Shown: positions 9,237-19,237 of the stretch, in pieces
Position numbering within the stretch: position 1 is the first letter of the stretch
How the letters are laid out: every line of letters begins with the position of its first letter
NCBI GenBank assembly: GCA_965205085.1
Contig: OZ242039.1
Location: 4,191,845-4,255,844, forward strand
From: Bryobacterales bacterium
Lineage (GTDB): Bacteria; Acidobacteriota; Terriglobia; Bryobacterales; UBA6623
Direction: 5' to 3'
DNA length: 64,000 bases
The notes under the pieces: generated by a model
What the model was told of the DNA's origin: nothing
Database searches by the model: none
Seen by the model: only the letters and a program-made list of their open reading frames with translations
Program-made: the position numbers and the translations under genes

Positions 9237-10577
9237 ATGACTGTCGTACGGGTCATCCTGCTGTGGCTCCCTGCGCTTGCACTGGGCCAGCCGGCGGATT
9301 GGCGGGTCGGCCTCGCAACGGTCGACATCACCCCGACCGAGCCGGTCCCGATGGCTGGATACGCCTCCCGCCGGGTGCCGTTCGAGTCGGTAGCCCAGCC
9401 GCTCTACGCGAAGGTGATGGCGGTCCAGGACAGAGACGGGAATCGCGCGCTTCTGGTAACCGCCGACATCCTGGGGTTCACGGCCGAGCGGTCAGAATCG
9501 ATCTGGCGCCGCCTGGAAGCGAGCGACGGCCTGTCCCGAGATCAGATCCTGCTGAACGCTTCCCACACCCATGCTGGGCCGCTGGTGGCGGGCTCGCTGT
9601 TGACGTCGATATCCGCAGCAGGGCAGGAGTCAGTCCGCAGATACGTAGCCGCCATGGAGGACCGGATTGTCTCGGCGTGTCGGAAGGCCCTGCACGACCT
9701 GCGGCCGGCACACCTTGCGTGGGGTCAGGGAGTGGCTTCGTTCGTCATGAACCGGCGGGAATTCACCGGTCGCGGCATCGTTCTCGGTACGAACGCATCC
9801 GGGCCGGCGGACCGCACCGTTCCGGTGCTCCGCATTACGGGCGAGGACGGGAATCTGAGGGCAGTCGTATTCGGCGCAGCTGCACACTGCACGACGCTCA
9901 CGGGCAGCAACATGCTCATCGCGGGGGACTACGCCGGCTACGCCCAGGAGTTCCTGGAGGCCCGCGAGCCCTCCATCCAGGCCATGTTCATGACCGGATG
10001 CGCGGGCGATGCTAATCCCTATCCTCGGGGCACGGTCGATCTGGCCAGGCGCCATGGCAGCGAACTGGCGTCAACGGTCCGGCAAGTGCTCGGGGGAACA
10101 CTGTGGCCGCTCCGGGGTCCCCTCACCACCCGTCTCGAGATGGTGCACCTGCCGCTCAAGGAGCCTACCCGCGAGCAGATCGTAGCGATGCAGGCCGGAG
10201 CGCCCTCGTACCGACGGTTTTTTACCCAGGGCGCACTGGGCAGGCTGGACCAAGGCAAGGCGTTGCTGACCTCCTACAGTGCACCGTTCGCCCTCTGGCA
10301 GTTCGGCGCGGATCTGACCATGGTTGCCTTCAGTGGTGAAACCGTTGTGGATTACGTGGGCCTGACCCAGGATGCGCTGGGCCCGCTGAAGCTCTGGATC
10401 AGCGGATATAACAACGACGTGTTCGGATATCTCCCGACGTCCAGGCTTCTTGAGGAAGGGGGGTACGAGACGCGTGGCCTGTACGTTGAGTACGGTCTGT
10501 TTCAGCCCGGCGTGGAAGATGTCGTCATGGCAGCCATCCAGTCCATGGCGCGCAGCGTCGGTCGTTTGCGGGAGTGA
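9237..10577 (+). CDS. exported neutral/alkaline ceramidase-like hydrolase
   Basis: ORF 8748-10577, but the first 163 codons overlap the previous gene. ATG 9237 gives the signal-like MTVVRVILLWLPALALG, then GLATVDITPTEPVPMAGYASR...PLYAKVMAVQD...LLVTADILGF, the pattern of the ceramidase N-terminal domain family. Confidence 0.7.
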   Translation: MTVVRVILLWLPALALGQPADWRVGLATVDITPTEPVPMAGYASRRVPFESVAQPLYAKVMAVQDRDGNRALLVTADILGFTAERSESIWRRLEASDGLSRDQILLNASHTHAGPLVAGSLLTSISAAGQESVRRYVAAMEDRIVSACRKALHDLRPAHLAWGQGVASFVMNRREFTGRGIVLGTNASGPADRTVPVLRITGEDGNLRAVVFGAAAHCTTLTGSNMLIAGDYAGYAQEFLEAREPSIQAMFMTGCAGDANPYPRGTVDLARRHGSELASTVRQVLGGTLWPLRGPLTTRLEMVHLPLKEPTREQIVAMQAGAPSYRRFFTQGALGRLDQGKALLTSYSAPFALWQFGADLTMVAFSGETVVDYVGLTQDALGPLKLWISGYNNDVFGYLPTSRLLEEGGYETRGLYVEYGLFQPGVEDVVMAAIQSMARSVGRLRE

Positions 10578-10703
10578 AGCCGGCTGGACGAACTCTCAGT
10601 TGTTCCGGCTCGCGGGTGGACGTGCGCTTCTGGTCCAACGCCGATGTCACCGGGCCGGCAACACGCGAGAGGCCAGCCGGAATCTCGCGGACGTCCCCTT
10701 GCT

Positions 10704-11660
10704 CTAGCGTATGGATGCGACCGCCGCTTGCACCTCTGGCGGATCGAGGAAGCCGAGCCGGTCCATCCACTCCCGCATCCGGTCGGGCCACCGGGTAACC
10801 GGCAGCTCGGTCGCCCGCAGGCCGTACCCGTGTCCACCACTCTCGTAGATGTGGAGTTCCGCCCCGACGCCAGCCTTCTTGAGCGCGACATACAACTCAC
10901 TTACGGCAATGGATCGGTCCCGGTCGTCGTGAGCGATCACCATGAAGAATGGCGGACAGCCCGAATGGATCACCGCCCCTTCTGGAATGCCACCGGAATA
11001 GATCGGAGCCGCGAAGTCCGGGCGGAACGGTACCTTGTCGTAGTGGTCCACGGGATCGTAGAGCCGATCTTGCCGCAGCGCCGAATAACGCACCGGGGAG
11101 CCGCCGGCCGAGAATCCGATCATGCCGATCCTGTCCGGATTGACGCCGATCTCCCCGGCCCGGCCCCGGACGAGACTCACTGCTCGTTGGCCGTCCTGGA
11201 CCGAAACAAGCCAGGGCCGGTCCTGATGCCGGGCGGGAACCCGGTACTTGAGGACGATGCCGGTTACGCCGATGGAGTTCAGCCACGCGGCTATCTCCGT
11301 CCCCTCCAGGTCGTATGCGAGAATCCTGTGCCCGCCGCCCGGAGCGATGATCGCCGCAGTGCCCGTATCGGTCCCGGACGGGGGCTTGAAGATGGACAGC
11401 ACTGGTCTCGAGACGTTGGTCAAGCGAGTAACCCTTCGGCCTGCGACCGTTCTGCTCTCTGCGCCTGTGGTGTCACGCTCCGGCGGAAGTTCGGTTGTCT
11501 CTCCAGGCGGCGTTCCCGGCCACAATTCCCACACGAGCGGCTCTGAAGCCCGGGCATGGCCTGCGACACCACTCGCCACGATGAGTGCCGCTGCGAGTCG
11601 CAGCCGCAACCGGTCTCTCCACCGAATCGCCGACATTACCCGGCCATCATAGCCGTTCAC
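10704..11660 (-). CDS. exported alpha/beta hydrolase (esterase/lipase type)
   Basis: Signal-like N-terminus (LRLAAALIVASGVAGHARA), nucleophile elbow GFSAGG, and a C-terminal HIYESGGHGYG histidine region. The start could also be M at 11636. Confidence 0.75.
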   Translation of the reverse strand: MNGYDGRVMSAIRWRDRLRLRLAAALIVASGVAGHARASEPLVWELWPGTPPGETTELPPERDTTGAESRTVAGRRVTRLTNVSRPVLSIFKPPSGTDTGTAAIIAPGGGHRILAYDLEGTEIAAWLNSIGVTGIVLKYRVPARHQDRPWLVSVQDGQRAVSLVRGRAGEIGVNPDRIGMIGFSAGGSPVRYSALRQDRLYDPVDHYDKVPFRPDFAAPIYSGGIPEGAVIHSGCPPFFMVIAHDDRDRSIAVSELYVALKKAGVGAELHIYESGGHGYGLRATELPVTRWPDRMREWMDRLGFLDPPEVQAAVASIR

Positions 11661-11781
11661 CGAGTTCCGCTGCCAATGCGCGCCTCCACTGGCGGTTTCG
11701 ATGACGCTGCCGGCTGTTCCCTGCCGTATGATGGGTGGGCGCGGTCATCCGGTGCCTTTGGACAGGCTGGCCGGGAAAGGC

Positions 11782-13503
11782 ATGCAGACCTCACCAACTC
11801 TGGCGGGCATCATCGTGGGTGTGCATCTTGTGGCACCCTCGGCAAGGGCCGCCGAGGCGGGGGCCGATGTCCTCGGTGTGCTTGCGGCGGAGGTTGAGCG
11901 GTCGGTCGAGGTTCTGTCCCAACAGCCTGAACCGCTGCACTTCCTGAGTTACGAAATCACCGAACAGGATCAGGTGGCGGTCGTGGCCTCCTTCGGTTCG
12001 GTCACGGCACAGTCGAGCAGCCGGGGCCGCATCCTCGACATCGACCTGCGTGTCGGCACCAAGTCCCTGGACAATACCCACCCCGTTCGCAACGCAAGGG
12101 GCTTTGGCTTGATGAGGCCGTTGCGGACTCCTGTTCCGGTTGCCGACCCGATCGCCCTTCGGAACGTCCTCTGGCTGGAGACCGACAGGAGGTACAAGCA
12201 GGCCGCCGAGCAGCTCGCCAGAATCCGGACGACCGTCCAGATCAACGTGGACGACGAGAGCCGGCCGCCTGATTTCTCGACAGAGCCAGCCGTGCTCCAC
12301 ATCGAGGAACGGCAGGCCCTCAGCGTCGACACGGACGCATGGGCGGACCGACTGCAGCGCTACTCCGCGCCGTTCGCCCGGTCCCGGCACATCCTCTCGT
12401 CCACCGTGGTGCTTGCGGCAACGGCGGTTTCGCGCTGGTACGTCAACAGTTCAGGGACCCGGATCCGCACTTCCGGCACGGAGTTTCGTCTGACTGTGAC
12501 TGGCTCGGCGAAGGCGGACGACGGGATGGAGTTGCCCCGTTTCGAGTCATTCTTTGCCTTCGCGGAAGCAGACCTGCCGGACGACGAAACCGTCCTCGCC
12601 ACGGTCCAGCGGGTGATCGAGGACCTGGAAGCGCTGAGGGTCGCACCCGTTGCCGAACCCTACAGCGGACCTGCGATTCTTTCAGGGCGGGCCAGCGGCG
12701 TATTCTTCCACGAAATCCTGGGCCACCGAATTGAGGGTCACCGCCAGCGGGCGGCGGACGACGGCCAAACGCTTCGAGACATGATCGGGGAACCCCTGTT
12801 GCCCGACACCTTCTCGGTGGTATTCGATCCGAGCGTCCGCCAGGCCTCCCGAATCCCGCTGTCCGGCACGTACCGATTCGACAATGAAGGCGTGAGAGGC
12901 CAGCGGGTTGAGGTGATCGAAGCCGGCATTCTGAAGCGGTTCCTGATGTCCCGCAAGCCGATCGACGGCTTCGCCGGCTCCAACGGGCACGGGCGGAAGC
13001 AGCCCGGGTTCAGCGCGGTGGCACGGCAGTCGAACCTTTTCGTGGACGTGAGCGAGCCGCACTCGTCGAGTGACCTGAAGGCCATGCTGATCGCCCAGCT
13101 CCGACAGGAAGGCAAGGAGTACGGGCTCCTGTTCGACGACATCCAGGGCGGCTTCACCTTGACCGGACGCACGACACCGAACGCGTTCAACGTGCTGCCC
13201 ACGATGGTGTACCGCATCTACGCGGACGGACGCGAGGAACTCGTCCGGGGTGTCGACCTGATCGGTACACCGCTCACGACGTTCAGCAAGGTTCTTGCCG
13301 GAGGAGACGAACCAGCCGTCTTCAATGGAGTTTGCGGCGCGGAGTCCGGGGGCGTGCCTGTCAGTGCAGTGTCGCCGCCGATTCTGGTGTCCCAGGTTGA
13401 GGTGCAGAGGAAGGAGAAGTCCCAGGACCGGCTGCCGATTCTTCCTCTCCCGCCCGCATCGGCGCGGGTACTGCCATGGAACGGGCAAGGAGTCCTTCCA
13501 TGA
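11782..13503 (+). CDS. TldD-type metallopeptidase, signal-peptide bearing
   Basis: ORF 11701-13503. The start at MQTSPTLAGIIVGVHLVAPSARA looks like a signal peptide. HEILGHRIEGH zinc motif characteristic of TldD, and the C-terminal GVCGAESGGVPVS region of the TldD/PmbA fold. Confidence 0.8.
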   Translation: MQTSPTLAGIIVGVHLVAPSARAAEAGADVLGVLAAEVERSVEVLSQQPEPLHFLSYEITEQDQVAVVASFGSVTAQSSSRGRILDIDLRVGTKSLDNTHPVRNARGFGLMRPLRTPVPVADPIALRNVLWLETDRRYKQAAEQLARIRTTVQINVDDESRPPDFSTEPAVLHIEERQALSVDTDAWADRLQRYSAPFARSRHILSSTVVLAATAVSRWYVNSSGTRIRTSGTEFRLTVTGSAKADDGMELPRFESFFAFAEADLPDDETVLATVQRVIEDLEALRVAPVAEPYSGPAILSGRASGVFFHEILGHRIEGHRQRAADDGQTLRDMIGEPLLPDTFSVVFDPSVRQASRIPLSGTYRFDNEGVRGQRVEVIEAGILKRFLMSRKPIDGFAGSNGHGRKQPGFSAVARQSNLFVDVSEPHSSSDLKAMLIAQLRQEGKEYGLLFDDIQGGFTLTGRTTPNAFNVLPTMVYRIYADGREELVRGVDLIGTPLTTFSKVLAGGDEPAVFNGVCGAESGGVPVSAVSPPILVSQVEVQRKEKSQDRLPILPLPPASARVLPWNGQGVLP

Positions 13504-15260
13504 ATCGCACCTGGATCGTCGTGATCGGTCTGGCGCTGGTCGCCGGCTCTCTGCCGGGCCTGACGCCGGACAGTGTGTTGATGCGGGCGATGGGGGATGA
13601 ACTGGACCGTAGCATGGGCGAACTCCAGATCGAGCAGATGGAAAAGCCCTACTTCATCGCCTACACGGTTCATGACGTTGCAGAAGTTCGGGCTGTGGCC
13701 GTTCTTGGCGCGGTCACGAGCAGTTCCAAGCATGAGAGCCGCACTCTCGGCGTCGAGGTGAGAGTAGGGGCAGCGAATCTCGACAACACCAACTTTCTGG
13801 AGAGACCGGACGCCAGGTCATTCTCTAGACTGTCTGCCGGGATGGCACCCCTTCCGCTCGGGGACGATTACCAGGGAATACGCAGAGCGATCTGGCTCGC
13901 GACGGACGGGGCGTACAAGCGGGCCCTCGATCGAATCTCGAAGAAGCGTGCCGCGCTGCAGAATCAGACCGTTGTTGAGGAGACGCCGGACTTCAGCGAG
14001 GAGGAGCCCTACCAGTACAGGGACGAACCGGCTCCCCCGGCTGTGGGCGGGGACCGGATGAGGAGTCTTGCCGCAGACGTCTCGAGTGTCTTCCGCGGCC
14101 ACGCCGGTGCTGATGATTCCAGGGTCGAGGTCCGGGCCGTCCGGCGGATGACTTTCTACGTCAACAGCGAGGGTTCTTCTTTCGTCCGGGCGGATCCGTC
14201 GGTTGCGCTGACTGTCCGGGCGACAGCCCGATCAGCCGACGGAACGGAGGTCGCGGACTCCTTCACCGTCTATGGCCGAGCGCTTCGTGACCTGCCCGGC
14301 ACTAGCGAACTGGCGGAGCGCAGCCGCGCAATGGCCGAGCGGCTGGAGGGTCTGCGGCAGGCGGTGGACGTCAACCGGTATGCGGGACCAGTCCTGTTCG
14401 AGGGTCAAGCCGCTGCCGAACTGGTCCGTCAGGTCCTGCTGCCCCGGCTGCTGACCCGCAAGGTCCCCCTGGCCGACGATCCCCGCCTGCGGCAATCCAT
14501 CGTCCAGTTGGGCAATCCGTTCCAGGACAAGTTGGGAAGCCGCGTCCTGCCCCGCTTTCTGGCCGTCGAGGACCAGCCCACGCTGCATAGAAATGAGCAG
14601 GGACCACTGTGGGGAGGATATGCGGTCGACGACGAAGCGGTCCGGGCCCGGCCGACCGTGCTGGTCCAGCGCGGATTGCTCAAGACACTGCTGGCAACCC
14701 GCAATCCCGTCGAGGGGGTGCCGCGGAGCAACGGACACAGTCGCGGTGGGGGAGCGGCGCCTTCGAACCTGCTGGTTACTGCCGACGACGGGCTCTCGGA
14801 GGAAGAAATGTCGGAGGAGTTGGTGGCACTGGTCCAGGAGCGGGATCTGGAATACGGAATCGTCATCCGCCGCCTGCGGCCGGGCAGCAACGTCGGCTCC
14901 GGCGGACGTGGCGGTGGTTCGCCGGGAGCCGCCAGGATGATCCGTGTGGCCGTTGCGGCCAAGGTTTATCCTGACGGCCGCGAAGAGCCGATCAGGCAGG
15001 CGGTCGTAACCGGAATCAGCGAGAGCAGTTTCCGGGATATCGTCGCTGCGTCCGGCAGATCGACGAACCATACGTTTCTGCATCGAGCTGCGGCAGTCCC
15101 CGGGCCGTTCGGCATCGTGAACCCAGCGTGGAGGTTCGGTGCGCTGACGACCGTGGTTTCCCCGTCTCTGCTGTTCGAGGATATCTCGGTGCGACGGCCT
15201 CCGGGCAACATTCCGCGCCCTCCGGTCGTTCCCCGGCCGACATCGTCGGCTGGGGATTAG
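13500..15260 (+). CDS. TldD/PmbA-family partner protein (PmbA/TldE-like), signal-peptide bearing
   Basis: ATG 13500 overlaps the upstream TGA (ATGA). MNRTWIVVIGLALVAGSL is signal-like. Same-fold repeats are present (DNTNF..., NGHSRGGGAAPSNLLV) but no HExxxH, as expected for the non-catalytic partner. Confidence 0.7.
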   Translation: MNRTWIVVIGLALVAGSLPGLTPDSVLMRAMGDELDRSMGELQIEQMEKPYFIAYTVHDVAEVRAVAVLGAVTSSSKHESRTLGVEVRVGAANLDNTNFLERPDARSFSRLSAGMAPLPLGDDYQGIRRAIWLATDGAYKRALDRISKKRAALQNQTVVEETPDFSEEEPYQYRDEPAPPAVGGDRMRSLAADVSSVFRGHAGADDSRVEVRAVRRMTFYVNSEGSSFVRADPSVALTVRATARSADGTEVADSFTVYGRALRDLPGTSELAERSRAMAERLEGLRQAVDVNRYAGPVLFEGQAAAELVRQVLLPRLLTRKVPLADDPRLRQSIVQLGNPFQDKLGSRVLPRFLAVEDQPTLHRNEQGPLWGGYAVDDEAVRARPTVLVQRGLLKTLLATRNPVEGVPRSNGHSRGGGAAPSNLLVTADDGLSEEEMSEELVALVQERDLEYGIVIRRLRPGSNVGSGGRGGGSPGAARMIRVAVAAKVYPDGREEPIRQAVVTGISESSFRDIVAASGRSTNHTFLHRAAAVPGPFGIVNPAWRFGALTTVVSPSLLFEDISVRRPPGNIPRPPVVPRPTSSAGD

Positions 15261-15368
15261 CGTTCAGCCGGTCGAGCGACTGGTACGGTTCGGAGCGGGC
15301 CACGGTTCCGGATTCGCCTCTGCGGAGATGCCATCGCGGCTGGCTTCTGGGCTGACGACGACCTATAG

Positions 15369-16652
15369 TTGGATTGGTTCCCGCAGGATGGTACGGCGAA
15401 TGGCGGAGCAAGCCTTTTGACACGACGATTCTTCCTCTCCGCCACGGCCACGGCGCTCGGAGCAGCGAGAGCCGCGCGACGCGCCACAATCACAGGCATC
15501 TCCCTTGCGAGGATCCGAGGCGACTTTCACAAGTTCGTTGCGATGAACTCATACGACAACGAACCGAAGGGAACCGGCTATACGAATACGCTGATCCGAA
15601 TTTCGACGGATGCAGGTGTCGAGGGAGTCGGTGTCATGGGCTACACGCCCCCGGATCAGGAGTTCCTCGCTGCCCTGCGGCTTCTCGTTGGTGCGGACCC
15701 GGAGGCCGCTTACAAGTTCAGGGACGGCGTCATCGCCGGTCGGTCGTCACTCTTCAATGACCTGCTGGTCCGGTACAAGCATCTCGACGGGCCGTTGTGC
15801 GACCTGATCGGCAAGCTGCGAGGGGTTCCTTGCTGGCAGCTGTTCGGCGAGTCGGTGCGAGACCGGGTCGAAGTCTACGACGGAACCCTGTACTTCAGCG
15901 ACCTTTGGTACAGCGACCGCGGGGTGCAGGCAGTGGTCGACGAGGCGACCGAGGCCGTTGCCAGCGGCTACGGCGGGGTCAAGCTCAAGATCGGGCGTGG
16001 CAGCAAGTGGATGCGGCGCGATGACGGACTGCGAAGGGACATCGAAGTAATCCGGGCCGTTCGCAGTGCGATCGGGGGTGCCCCGAAGCTGCTTGTGGAT
16101 GCGAACAACGGCTTCCGCGGCGACTACAGCCGGGCCTGGACCCTGCTCGAAGCGACGAGGGATGAGCGGCTGGACTGGCTGGAGGAAGCGTTCCCGGAAG
16201 ACCGCGACCTCTATCGCCGCCTGCGCACCCAGATGCGCGAGGCGGGCATCGAGACCCTGATCGCGGACGGCGAAAACATGCGCAGTGCGGATGAGTTCCG
16301 GGAATATCTCGAACCGGAACTGCTTCTCGACGTGATGCAGCTCGACATTCGCACCGGGGGGATTCTTGACTGCCGCAAGATGGCCGCGATGGGAGAGCCG
16401 AAGGGAGTGGTAGCCGTACCGCACAATTGGGGCTCCCAGGTGGGGCTGCTGATGAGTTTGCACCTCGCCAAGACGCAGCAGAATATCACTGCGGCGGAGG
16501 ATGATCGATCAAGGTGCCCCGCACTCGTAGCGCGAGGGTACGAGTTCCGGGACGGGCACTACACAGTCTCCGACGAGCCGGGACTCGGTCTGGAGGTCAA
16601 CGACAGGTACTACGAAGCTCCCGACTTTCCGGACCGGACCGTGATCGAATAG
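15369..16652 (+). CDS. enolase-superfamily enzyme (mandelate racemase/muconate lactonising family) with Tat-like signal
   Basis: N-terminus LLTRRFFLSATATALGAARAA (twin-arginine pattern), then ITGISLARI..., KLKIGRG, LLVDANNGF, LDWLEEAFP and ADGEN metal-ligand regions of the enolase superfamily. Confidence 0.8.
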   Translation: MDWFPQDGTANGGASLLTRRFFLSATATALGAARAARRATITGISLARIRGDFHKFVAMNSYDNEPKGTGYTNTLIRISTDAGVEGVGVMGYTPPDQEFLAALRLLVGADPEAAYKFRDGVIAGRSSLFNDLLVRYKHLDGPLCDLIGKLRGVPCWQLFGESVRDRVEVYDGTLYFSDLWYSDRGVQAVVDEATEAVASGYGGVKLKIGRGSKWMRRDDGLRRDIEVIRAVRSAIGGAPKLLVDANNGFRGDYSRAWTLLEATRDERLDWLEEAFPEDRDLYRRLRTQMREAGIETLIADGENMRSADEFREYLEPELLLDVMQLDIRTGGILDCRKMAAMGEPKGVVAVPHNWGSQVGLLMSLHLAKTQQNITAAEDDRSRCPALVARGYEFRDGHYTVSDEPGLGLEVNDRYYEAPDFPDRTVIE

Positions 16653-16805
16653 GCGGGGCCAGGTGCCGGGCCAGTCTCCGTTGGGACGCCGGTGCCCGCT
16701 ATCCGGCTTTCGCCCGCGACCGCAGGAGGGAAGCAGATCTGGTCGTCCTCGTCAAAGGTGGCCGGATCCACCAGTTGGTTCACGGGAACTACGCCGCGCT
16801 CCTAC

Positions 16806-16968
16806 CGCTAGCCGGAGCGCTCTGTTTCGGTGGTCTTCCCCTGCAAGTGCCGTTGTACCCTCTGGTCCCGACCTGGCGCACGAGTAAGGAAGCTGGACCC
16901 TGGAGGCCACGAATCCCAGCGCACAGCGAGCTGCACGAGACTTGATGCCCTTGTGCGGGAAGACCCGG
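16806..16968 (-). repeat. copy A of an unclassified repeat (homologous to 43407-43620, opposite orientation)
   Basis: The reverse complement of 16881-16968 aligns ungapped with 43407-43494 at 70 of 88 positions (hand count), with the core TGGGATTCGYGGCCTCCAGRGTCCWGCTTCCTTACTCG. A second shared block is CGCTCCGGCTAGCG (16806-16819 rc / 43607-43620). Confidence 0.6.
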
Positions 16969-17014
16969 AACATCGGTCTGATGTTGATCTGAACCCAGCA
17001 CCGCTGCGGGGGGC

Positions 17015-17450
17015 TATTATATTGCCGGTTGCACTAGGAAGCGCAACAGCGGGCGGAGGGGCCTAAGGTGCTGATTAGCCTATCCTAGTGGACAAATCGC
17101 CATGCCTCAGCAGTTCCGCCACCTGCAATACGACGAGCGCTGCCAGATCCAGGCATTGCTGCCGGTCGAAGCGTATTGGGAGGCATTGCCCGCTTTCTTT
17201 GCTTAGCTTGAGGGCGATGCGGTCCCCGAGGCCCTCGCTGCCTTTGCCGGACCGGGGGGCGAAGAACTATCAGGGCTCGACCCGGCAAATCGAGCGGTAT
17301 ACGATGTGCCGCACCCTCGACGGCAACATCAACCTGCATGCGCGCAATGTCGAGACCGGGATCAGCCCGAACTACCGCGTGGGTCGCATCGAGGGCACCT
17401 GCGTGACCGGACGTATTCTCTCGCCGCGTTTTGCGGGGTCGAACTGACCC
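17015..17450 (+). mobile_element. IS30-family element, 5' fragment (left-end region plus degenerate N-terminal transposase coding)
   Basis: 17015-17165 is clearly homologous to 43781-43935 (GCACTAGGAA..GCAACAGCGGGCGGAG...GCCATGCCTC). The ATG at 17102 encodes MPQQFRHLQYDERCQIQAL, matching MPRTFRHLQYDERCQIHAL of the other copy, then hits a stop. Downstream resemblance to 17450 is weak (GAKNYQGSTRQIERY). Confidence 0.55.
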
Positions 17451-17676
17451 CAAAGGTCCGGTCGCGATTGCGACAACCACGACGGGAGAATTACGCTCGT
17501 CCGGTTTCGGCGGCATGACCGCGCCGGCCTGCCGTCAGCGCCGCTAGGCGGCTTGTCCGCCCCTGCCCTAGGTGGACGGGGCCGAGCGAGGCAGCCCGCT
17601 TCGTACCGCCGATGGCGCTACGTCCAAGGCATCGCCGTTTCTCCCGTAGGTTGCCCTTCATCGTGCGACCGGCGCT

Positions 17677-19164
17677 TCAAAAGAAAAGCTGCACCATCTG
17701 TCCATGGAGTTCGTGGAGCGTCGATCGATTGCTCGGCCACAGCGGTTCGGCAAGGTGGGTGTTCCAAGACTCCAACTCCGACTCGAGGCGCTTTACGATC
17801 TCCGGATGATCCTCCGCTACGTTCTCGAGCTCACCCTTGTCCTCCGAAAGGTTGTACAGCACCGTCAATTGGCCGGTCGGTGAATCGTCGGAATAGTCGA
17901 CCTGCGGCAGCCGACGGCCACCGAGCGTGAGGTCGTCGAGCGTCTTGTCGGTCCTGTTAACCTTCCAGAGCTTCCAGTCGCCCCACCGCACCGCCATGTT
18001 GGGCTTGGCGCGCCAGAACAGAAACTCGTGAGGAGCACCGTTCTTCTCGCCACGCAGGTACGGCAAGAGGTTCACGCTGTCTGGACTCGTCTCGCCCGAA
18101 CCCGCTGCAGCTGCAAACGTCGCGAACAGATCGAGGGAAATCACCGGCTGGCTGTAAGTGGTTCCTGCAGGCAAGGCTGCCGGCCAGCTGACGATGAAAG
18201 GCACTCTGATTCCGCCCTCCAGGTGAAATCGCTTGGAACCGCTCAGCGGGTCGTTCGAGCAGATGTCCTGCGACAGGTACTTGACGCAGCCGTTGTCGGA
18301 GGAGAACACGATCAATGTGTTCTGCTCGAGACCGTGCGCGCGCAGTTCGGCAACGACATCGCCAACGTAGTCGTCGATCGAAGAGACCATGGCAGCGAAG
18401 ATGCGCCGCCCCGCCGGTTGGATGTGACTGTATCGCTCAACGTACTCCGCCGTGGCTTGCAGCGGGGTGTGAGGGGCGTTGGGGGTCAGCATCAGAAAGA
18501 ACCGCTCCTCCCGGTGCCGGCGGATGAAATCCACCGCCCTTTCGGCGAACACGTCCGTCAGGTAATCTTCGACAGTCACCTCCTCGAACCCGTCAAAGAT
18601 GGCACTGGCGGCAGGACGCTCGGTCGGGGACCCTCGTGCGGGCCATGACTCGACCCCCTCCTTGCGCGAGTCGATGTAGGTCGAGCCACCGGAGAGATGA
18701 CCGAAATACTCGTCGAAACCCCGGTTGAGGGGATGGTGCCGCTCGGATTTCCCGAGATGCCACTTTCCGATCAGCCCGGTGGCGTAGCCGGCGCTGCGAA
18801 GCATGTCCGCCAATGTCCTCTGATCCGTTGGCAGCCCCACCTCGGTGTCCCTCCCGGAGGTGTTGAACTCGTAACCGAAACGCGATTGGTAGGTGCCCGT
18901 ATAGAGCCCGGCTCGCGACGGGCTGCACACCGCAGCTGACATATAGCCGTCGGAAAGCCTGACGCCGTGTGCGGCGAGCGCGTCAATGTGTGGCGTCCGA
19001 ATAATCTCCGATCCGAACGAGCCGAGGTCGTTGTAGCCGAGGTCGTCGGCGAGGATCATGACGATATTGGGCGGATCGAGAGACTCGTCCGGCTCCGCTG
19101 GCCCACAGGTAACCGCGAGCGAGGCGACTGCAATTGCGAACGGAATGCGCATGAGTGAAGCCAT
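17677..19164 (-). CDS. exported arylsulfatase-family sulfatase
   Basis: ORF 17677-19323. The start at MASLMRIPFAIAVASLAVTCG is lipoprotein/signal-like. PNIVMILADDLGYNDLG and the formylglycine motif CSPSRAGLYTG are present, with GKWHLG downstream. Confidence 0.9.
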   Translation of the reverse strand: MASLMRIPFAIAVASLAVTCGPAEPDESLDPPNIVMILADDLGYNDLGSFGSEIIRTPHIDALAAHGVRLSDGYMSAAVCSPSRAGLYTGTYQSRFGYEFNTSGRDTEVGLPTDQRTLADMLRSAGYATGLIGKWHLGKSERHHPLNRGFDEYFGHLSGGSTYIDSRKEGVESWPARGSPTERPAASAIFDGFEEVTVEDYLTDVFAERAVDFIRRHREERFFLMLTPNAPHTPLQATAEYVERYSHIQPAGRRIFAAMVSSIDDYVGDVVAELRAHGLEQNTLIVFSSDNGCVKYLSQDICSNDPLSGSKRFHLEGGIRVPFIVSWPAALPAGTTYSQPVISLDLFATFAAAAGSGETSPDSVNLLPYLRGEKNGAPHEFLFWRAKPNMAVRWGDWKLWKVNRTDKTLDDLTLGGRRLPQVDYSDDSPTGQLTVLYNLSEDKGELENVAEDHPEIVKRLESELESWNTHLAEPLWPSNRSTLHELHGQMVQLFF

Positions 19165-19237
19165 TGTATCGGCTGGCATCCTGTCCGGTCGCACCGAACG
19201 GGATCGCATCGACTTTCCCCTGCACGGACGGTGACCG

